Shown: one piece after another, positions 58,885 through 64,000 of the stretch
Position numbering within the stretch: the stretch's first letter is position 1
How the letters are laid out: the number at the start of each line of letters is the position of its first letter
DNA from: an uncultured cyanobacterium
GTDB taxonomy: Bacteria; Cyanobacteriota; Cyanobacteriia; Cyanobacteriales; CAWCAG01
Assembly (NCBI GenBank): GCA_963803805.1
Contig: CAWDOD010000010.1
Location: forward strand, 256,001-320,000
Length of the DNA stretch: 64,000 nucleotides
Direction: 5' to 3'
Translations under genes and position numbers: made by a program
Notes under the pieces: generated by a model
Seen by the model: only the letters and a program-made list of their open reading frames with translations
The model's database searches: none
What the model was told of the DNA's origin: nothing

Positions 58885-61320
58885 ATGATTAATGAAAAGT
58901 GGATTTTAGTTGCTATTTGGTTAATAGCAGTATTGCGCGATCGCCTATGGTTAGCATTAGATAAAAGTGTGCCAGCTTGGGATCAAGGCAACCATCTGAC
59001 GGGTTCACTCAATTATTTAAACGCTCTCCAAAATGCTCAATTATTTTCTTTATTTTCTTCGACTTGGTGGCAAAGTTTATGGATGCTCTCAAAAAAGTAT
59101 CCTCCCCTCACCTATATTAGTACTGCACCTTGGCAACAGATTTTCGGTAGTAGTCCTGATAATGCCTTGTTGGTTAATGTGTTTTTTAGTGGTATTTTAC
59201 TTACCTCAGTTTATCTATTAGGTAAGGAACTTTTCAACCCCCAGGCAGGGCTTTGGGGGGCAGGTATTTGTGTTTTGTTGCCAGCTTTTTATATTCTCCG
59301 TCTTAATTACTTAGTAGACTATTCCTTAGTTGCTCTGGGGATAGCTAGCTTTACTTGTTTGACAATTTGGTACAGGAAAAAAAGTTGGTATTGGGCATTA
59401 GGTTTTGGCTTTTGCTTCGGTTTAGCCATGTTAGCCAAACCAACTGTGTTAATCTTTTTTTGTTGCCCACTTTTATGGATAGGTGCAACAATTATTTGGC
59501 AAACAAAATGGGGTGCGATCGCTCAATTAATCACAGCTTTCTTCCTTAGTTTACTCATTTGTGGCCCTTGGTATCGCACCAATTGGCTTTTTGCCATTAG
59601 TAGTTATGAAAGGGGCATCGTCGGCGGGGCAATGGCAGAAGGAGATCCTCCCCTCAATACCTTAGCTGCTTGGACTCATTACTTACAAACTCTCCCTGTT
59701 GCCTTTACCTTCCCTTTGCTCATCGTTCCCATAGTTGGTTTCCTTCTCTATCTACCCCGTTGGTGGCGCAAATTCCCGCAAATAGAGACTTTGCGTTGGC
59801 TACTAATTTTTTTCCTCCCCGCCTATTTAATTAATTCAGCCATTGTTAATAAAGATACCCGCTATGTTATGGTTGCTTATCCAATTTTGGCGGTGATACT
59901 AGGTTATGGCTTAACCTTGTATCCTAAACGTTGGCGGGGAGTAGCTTGGGGGACAATGGGTTTAAGCTTTTTATTAATGTGTTTAAATCTCTTTCCTATT
60001 GGTAGTGGGGCAGGAACATATATAGCCCGGCTTTTCAGCCCCAATGCCCAATATCATCCTTATTTAGGTGCAACTTGGCCCCATGAGGAAGTAATTGCCG
60101 AAATTAACCGCACAACTCCCCACCTCCAAACTAACTTGGGGGTATTAATGAGTACTCCACAACTAAATAACCACAATATTAATTACTACGGGGCATTGAC
60201 AAACTTCCAAGTTTATGGGCGGGAAGTTTCAGGAAAAGAAGAATTTATTGCTACTGATGCCCGTGCCTTTGATTGGTTTATTACTAAAACTGGCGATTTA
60301 GGTAGTGTCCCTTCCTCCCAAACGCAAATGGTACAAAGGATTGAATCAGGACAAGATTTCTCCGTGGCAAAAACCTGGACTTTACCCGATGCTACCACCC
60401 TCAAACTTTACCATAAAAAGGTTCCCAACCTTGCAGTGCAACCTCTCTCCAACCAAGAAACCCAAGTTAAACTAACAAGTATAAATATTCCCTCACAAGG
60501 GCCCCCAGGTCAACCTATCCCCGTTACCTATCAATGGTCTGGTTCTGGGCAGCAATTGCAAAATGGTTTGGTATTATTAACCTGGCAGCATCGGCAAAAT
60601 GTCGGTGCAAATACTTTTTGGTTGCATGATCATGGCATCGGTTTAGGGCAGTTGTACCTCAAAGAGTTAGAGAAGAACTTTCAAGTTACTGAACGTACAG
60701 CCATGCTGCCCCCAAAACAATTAAAGCCGGGAGAATATCAACTTCAAGCTACTTACCTGAACCGTAAAACAGGAAACAGTTACCCTTTAAAAGTTCCAAA
60801 CGTCAACATCAACATTAACCCCGAAGCTACTGTTATAGCTGCCCCAGAGTTGGATTTAGTCACTCAATTGCGTAATGTTGCCCCCAACTTAAGTCAAGGT
60901 ACAACAGGCTTAGAACCAATTTTTGCCCAAACAGGTCGCATTAACCAATACGACCCCACCCAAGACTATCTAGCCCAAGCTGAGACAACTTTTGTTTATA
61001 GATTGCAGCAAGAAAAAAACCTCAACTATGCCTATGGTTTAGCCCTAGCTAGGGCTTTGCAAAGGGATGTAGCGGGAACCAAGAAAGCTTTACAACAAAT
61101 CATTATCCTAGAACCTCAAAATCCTTATCCCTATGCTTACTTAGCTTTTGTTAACCTCTACGACTTCCATCCCCACGCAGCCCAAGAAGCGATTCAACCA
61201 GCTTTGCAACAAAATCCTAATTCTGAAGAGTTTCAAGCCCTAAATGGCATTGCTGCCTTAATGCAGGGTAATATTTTCCGCGCTTGGCAAAATCTTTATC
61301 CCTTAGTCGATAATAATTAG
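58885..61320 (+). CDS. Membrane glycosyltransferase (GT39/PMT-like) with C-terminal TPR
   Basis: PAWDQGNH, YPPL, many TM helices, NKDTRY, terminal TPR-like helices. Confidence 0.85.
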   Translation: MINEKWILVAIWLIAVLRDRLWLALDKSVPAWDQGNHLTGSLNYLNALQNAQLFSLFSSTWWQSLWMLSKKYPPLTYISTAPWQQIFGSSPDNALLVNVFFSGILLTSVYLLGKELFNPQAGLWGAGICVLLPAFYILRLNYLVDYSLVALGIASFTCLTIWYRKKSWYWALGFGFCFGLAMLAKPTVLIFFCCPLLWIGATIIWQTKWGAIAQLITAFFLSLLICGPWYRTNWLFAISSYERGIVGGAMAEGDPPLNTLAAWTHYLQTLPVAFTFPLLIVPIVGFLLYLPRWWRKFPQIETLRWLLIFFLPAYLINSAIVNKDTRYVMVAYPILAVILGYGLTLYPKRWRGVAWGTMGLSFLLMCLNLFPIGSGAGTYIARLFSPNAQYHPYLGATWPHEEVIAEINRTTPHLQTNLGVLMSTPQLNNHNINYYGALTNFQVYGREVSGKEEFIATDARAFDWFITKTGDLGSVPSSQTQMVQRIESGQDFSVAKTWTLPDATTLKLYHKKVPNLAVQPLSNQETQVKLTSINIPSQGPPGQPIPVTYQWSGSGQQLQNGLVLLTWQHRQNVGANTFWLHDHGIGLGQLYLKELEKNFQVTERTAMLPPKQLKPGEYQLQATYLNRKTGNSYPLKVPNVNININPEATVIAAPELDLVTQLRNVAPNLSQGTTGLEPIFAQTGRINQYDPTQDYLAQAETTFVYRLQQEKNLNYAYGLALARALQRDVAGTKKALQQIIILEPQNPYPYAYLAFVNLYDFHPHAAQEAIQPALQQNPNSEEFQALNGIAALMQGNIFRAWQNLYPLVDNN

Positions 61321-61377
61321 CCTCCAGGATGGGAATCATAGAAAATACTCATTCAAAATTAGCAAAGGAGGACAATC

Positions 61378-61977
61378 ATGTTTAAGTATTCTTTCAAATT
61401 TCTCCTATCTCTGGGAGTGATTTTCAGCTTAGGGGCAGGTTCGGCACAAGCTTTACCCGGTGAAAAAAAATCAATGGTGGTAGCTTGGATCAATGGTAAC
61501 AGTAGTTTGCGACCTACTGTAGGAGATGGATTAACTGTACGCAGAAACAACACTGCTTTCCAAAGCTTTGAGTTTCATGCTTCTGTTATACCCCCTTTAG
61601 GAGCATATGAAGCCAACAAAAATCTAATCCGTTCCGAAAAGTTTTCCTTTTACGACAGGGTTAATGGGGTAAACCGAGACAGGCTAGAGGAAGCTTTGCG
61701 AGTAATTTACGACATCAGCCTCTACCAAGATTATCAAAACGCCCGTACCATCTACGCTTACCCTACCAGGGAAATGCAAGAAATTGCCAGACGTAAAAAC
61801 CTCCCTCTCCTCGCTGCCACGAAAGGAGAATTACGCTTAGGGGATCGCTATGCTTATTGGTTAGAGATGGTAGAAGAAATGGCTGGGGAACACAAAGGTA
61901 GAACTTTTACTGGGAAAATGACTATTTTCCTTAAAGAAGATTTGGATCTTGTGGAAACAGAACTTCGCGCCAGATGA
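61378..61977 (+). CDS. Hypothetical exported protein
   Basis: AAGGAGG RBS, signal peptide ending AQA-LPG. Confidence 0.75.
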   Translation: MFKYSFKFLLSLGVIFSLGAGSAQALPGEKKSMVVAWINGNSSLRPTVGDGLTVRRNNTAFQSFEFHASVIPPLGAYEANKNLIRSEKFSFYDRVNGVNRDRLEEALRVIYDISLYQDYQNARTIYAYPTREMQEIARRKNLPLLAATKGELRLGDRYAYWLEMVEEMAGEHKGRTFTGKMTIFLKEDLDLVETELRAR

Positions 61978-62051
61978 TCTCTTAACCTAAAATGAGGTAA
62001 CGGGATAATGAGGAGAAAACTATTACCTGTTGCCTTCTAACTTACTTTGTC

Positions 62052-62366
62052 ATGACTGGCGAACAACTGCATCAACTATTGCTCAATAAATGGGGACATT
62101 CCTATGATGTTCAACTACGGCGTACCAAAGGAAAGATTTTTTTTCAAGTAATGTGGAAATACTTAGAACAAGCCTCTTTTCCTCTTTCTGAAACAGAGTA
62201 TTTAGCCCACCTCGATACAGTCTCCGCTTATCTCAACGCTTGGGGAGGAGTATCTCAAGTACAAACCTTCATTACCAAAACTAGCGATCGCCCTCGTTTA
62301 GGTAAGGCAGTTAGTCTACCATTAGATTTGGGAGAGCGGGAGTCAGAATGGATTTTAGATAATTAG
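62052..62366 (+). CDS. DUF3067 family protein
   Basis: KWGHSYDVQ, QVMWKYLEQASFP, RPRLGKAVS. Confidence 0.9.
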   Translation: MTGEQLHQLLLNKWGHSYDVQLRRTKGKIFFQVMWKYLEQASFPLSETEYLAHLDTVSAYLNAWGGVSQVQTFITKTSDRPRLGKAVSLPLDLGERESEWILDN

Positions 62367-62494
62367 TGATCATACTTTGTCCATTTAAAAAAATTGCTAT
62401 CTAGTTGGGAATTTAAACACTACATTATACGTTGCTAAAACATATTGTAAACCAAAAGAAAAACAGACATTCTCCAAAATGTTCTTAGGCAGCA

Positions 62495-62791
62495 ATGCTT
62501 AAGCCTCTACTCAATTTTCCCGGAGAAGTTATGAAAGCTAACTGTTTTTCTAAGTCTATAGCTATGGCGATCGCAACTGGTTGGCTTTTATCTGGTATTG
62601 TACCTGTTAATGTTAATCCTGATTCTATTTTTAGCTCCTCAACATCTAGGTTTGAAGGGAATAGCAAAGTAAATGCAGCAATTATTATTTCTTCCCCCAG
62701 CCAGTTATTAATTAAATATCAAAAAGCTAGTAAACCGCGTTTTTCTTCCCAGATTATGATTTTCAATCAACAAAAAATTCTTTCTAGATAA
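62495..62791 (+). CDS. Possible small hypothetical protein
   Basis: ORF only, weak signal-like segment. Confidence 0.3.
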   Translation: MLKPLLNFPGEVMKANCFSKSIAMAIATGWLLSGIVPVNVNPDSIFSSSTSRFEGNSKVNAAIIISSPSQLLIKYQKASKPRFSSQIMIFNQQKILSR

Positions 62792-62865
62792 TAAGCTGCT
62801 ACGCATTTAGATGAGTTGTGAGGGGCAGGTTATAATCAATACTTATATTACTCAGAACAAATCCT

Positions 62866-64000
62866 ATGAAATGGAAGTTTTTCGCTGATCGCGGCGGGAC
62901 ATTTACTGATTTAGTTGCCATTACTCCTAATTCTCAGGTACTTATTCACAAACTACTCTCAGAAAACCCCGAATGCTACGACGATGCAGTTATTCAAGGT
63001 ATTCGGGACTGTCTCAAACTTCCTAGGGATGCACCTATCCCCTCAGAAAAGATTGAAGTGGTAAAAATGGGAACTACTGTTGCTACCAATGCCTTATTGG
63101 AAGGCAAAGGCGATGCTACTTTGTTACTGATAACGGAGGGGTTTAAGGATGCGTTGCGAATTGGTTATCAAAACCGCCCTGATATTTTTGCCCAGCAAAT
63201 TATTTTACCCGAAATGCTTTACAAACGGGTAATTGAAGTTAAGGAGCGTTATAGTGCTAAGGGAAAGGAGTTACAACCTCTTGAGACAAAAGAGTTAGTT
63301 CCTGCTTTAGAAACTGCCTATGAAGATGGCATTCGCAGTTGTGCCATTGTCCTCTTACATAGTTATCGCTATCCCCTTCACGAACAACAACTAGCAGCAT
63401 TGGTGAAGAAAATGGGTTTTACTCAAGTTTCTGTTTCTCACCAAGTCAGCCCTTTAATGAAATTAGTTAGCCGTGGAGACACAACGGTTGTGGATGCTTA
63501 CCTATCACCAATTCTACGTCGCTATGTTAACCAAGTTAGTAGTAAATTAGGACAAACAGCCACAGCATCACCTCAACTAATGTTCATGCAATCCAACGGT
63601 GGCTTAATTGCTGCTAACCAGTTTCAAGGCAAAGATAGCATTTTATCTGGGCCGGCAGGGGGCATTGTGGGAGCAGTACAAACGAGTAAATTAGCGGGGT
63701 TTGAGAAGATTATCACCTTTGACATGGGAGGAACCTCCACCGATGTTGCTCATTTTAACGGAGAATACGAAAGGCAAGGAGAAACAGAGATTGCTGGAGT
63801 AAGGTTGCGGACTCCCATGCTAGCGATTCATACTGTTGCTGCTGGGGGGAGTTCTTTAGTTACATTTGATGGTTTTCGGTATCGAGTTGGTCCAGAGTCT
63901 GCTGGCGCAAATCCAGGGCCTGCCTGCTATCGTCGTGACGGAAGTTTAGCTATTACTGATTGTAATGTGATGTTGGGAAAAATTCAACCCCAGTTTTTTC
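62866..64000 (+). CDS. Hydantoinase / 5-oxoprolinase (ATP-hydrolysing), partial; runs off the window end
   Basis: Not in ORF track. MKWKFFADRGGTFTD, KMGTTVATNALLE, SILSGPAGG, FDMGGTSTD, HTVAAGGSS, SAGANPGPACY. Confidence 0.93.
   Translation, partial: MKWKFFADRGGTFTDLVAITPNSQVLIHKLLSENPECYDDAVIQGIRDCLKLPRDAPIPSEKIEVVKMGTTVATNALLEGKGDATLLLITEGFKDALRIGYQNRPDIFAQQIILPEMLYKRVIEVKERYSAKGKELQPLETKELVPALETAYEDGIRSCAIVLLHSYRYPLHEQQLAALVKKMGFTQVSVSHQVSPLMKLVSRGDTTVVDAYLSPILRRYVNQVSSKLGQTATASPQLMFMQSNGGLIAANQFQGKDSILSGPAGGIVGAVQTSKLAGFEKIITFDMGGTSTDVAHFNGEYERQGETEIAGVRLRTPMLAIHTVAAGGSSLVTFDGFRYRVGPESAGANPGPACYRRDGSLAITDCNVMLGKIQPQFF

Noticed and set aside
1-64000. CRISPR array or cas genes, prompted by the Cas4-like domain at about 18440-19290
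   Set aside because: No repeat-spacer array and no other cas gene seen; the domain is part of the FtsK fusion

Overview
AT-rich chromosomal segment of a cyanobacterium, judged from frequent HIP1 GCGATCGC octamers, heptamer STRR-type repeats and phycobilisome genes (nblA, cpcS, cpcG). Most of it is housekeeping: dapB, moaE, trpD, smc, coaBC, hflX, guaB, hemE, corA, agcS, tRNA-Ser(GGA), an Fe(III) ABC transporter and an oxoprolinase. The strongest candidate for an uncharacterised system is a three-gene operon at 14535-20637. It encodes an RcaD-like protein with a triplicated ~75-aa module, a P-loop ATPase, and a fusion of a DEDDy 3'-5' exonuclease, an Fe-S PD-(D/E)XK nuclease and a soluble FtsK-type translocase; together these look like a DNA-degrading machine. 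A second accessory cluster at 38.3-44.3 kb holds a structured RNA candidate, a vapBC-type pair, a CHAT-STAND-TPR protein and higBA. Features missing from the ORF track include nblA, a 158-bp MITE with an 8-bp target-site duplication, a non-AUG and possibly leaderless hflX start, three phased DnaA boxes, an HxlR remnant and three single-base frameshifts. A Rof-like gene is also present although cyanobacteria generally lack Rho. All calls come from motif recognition by eye; no database searches were run.
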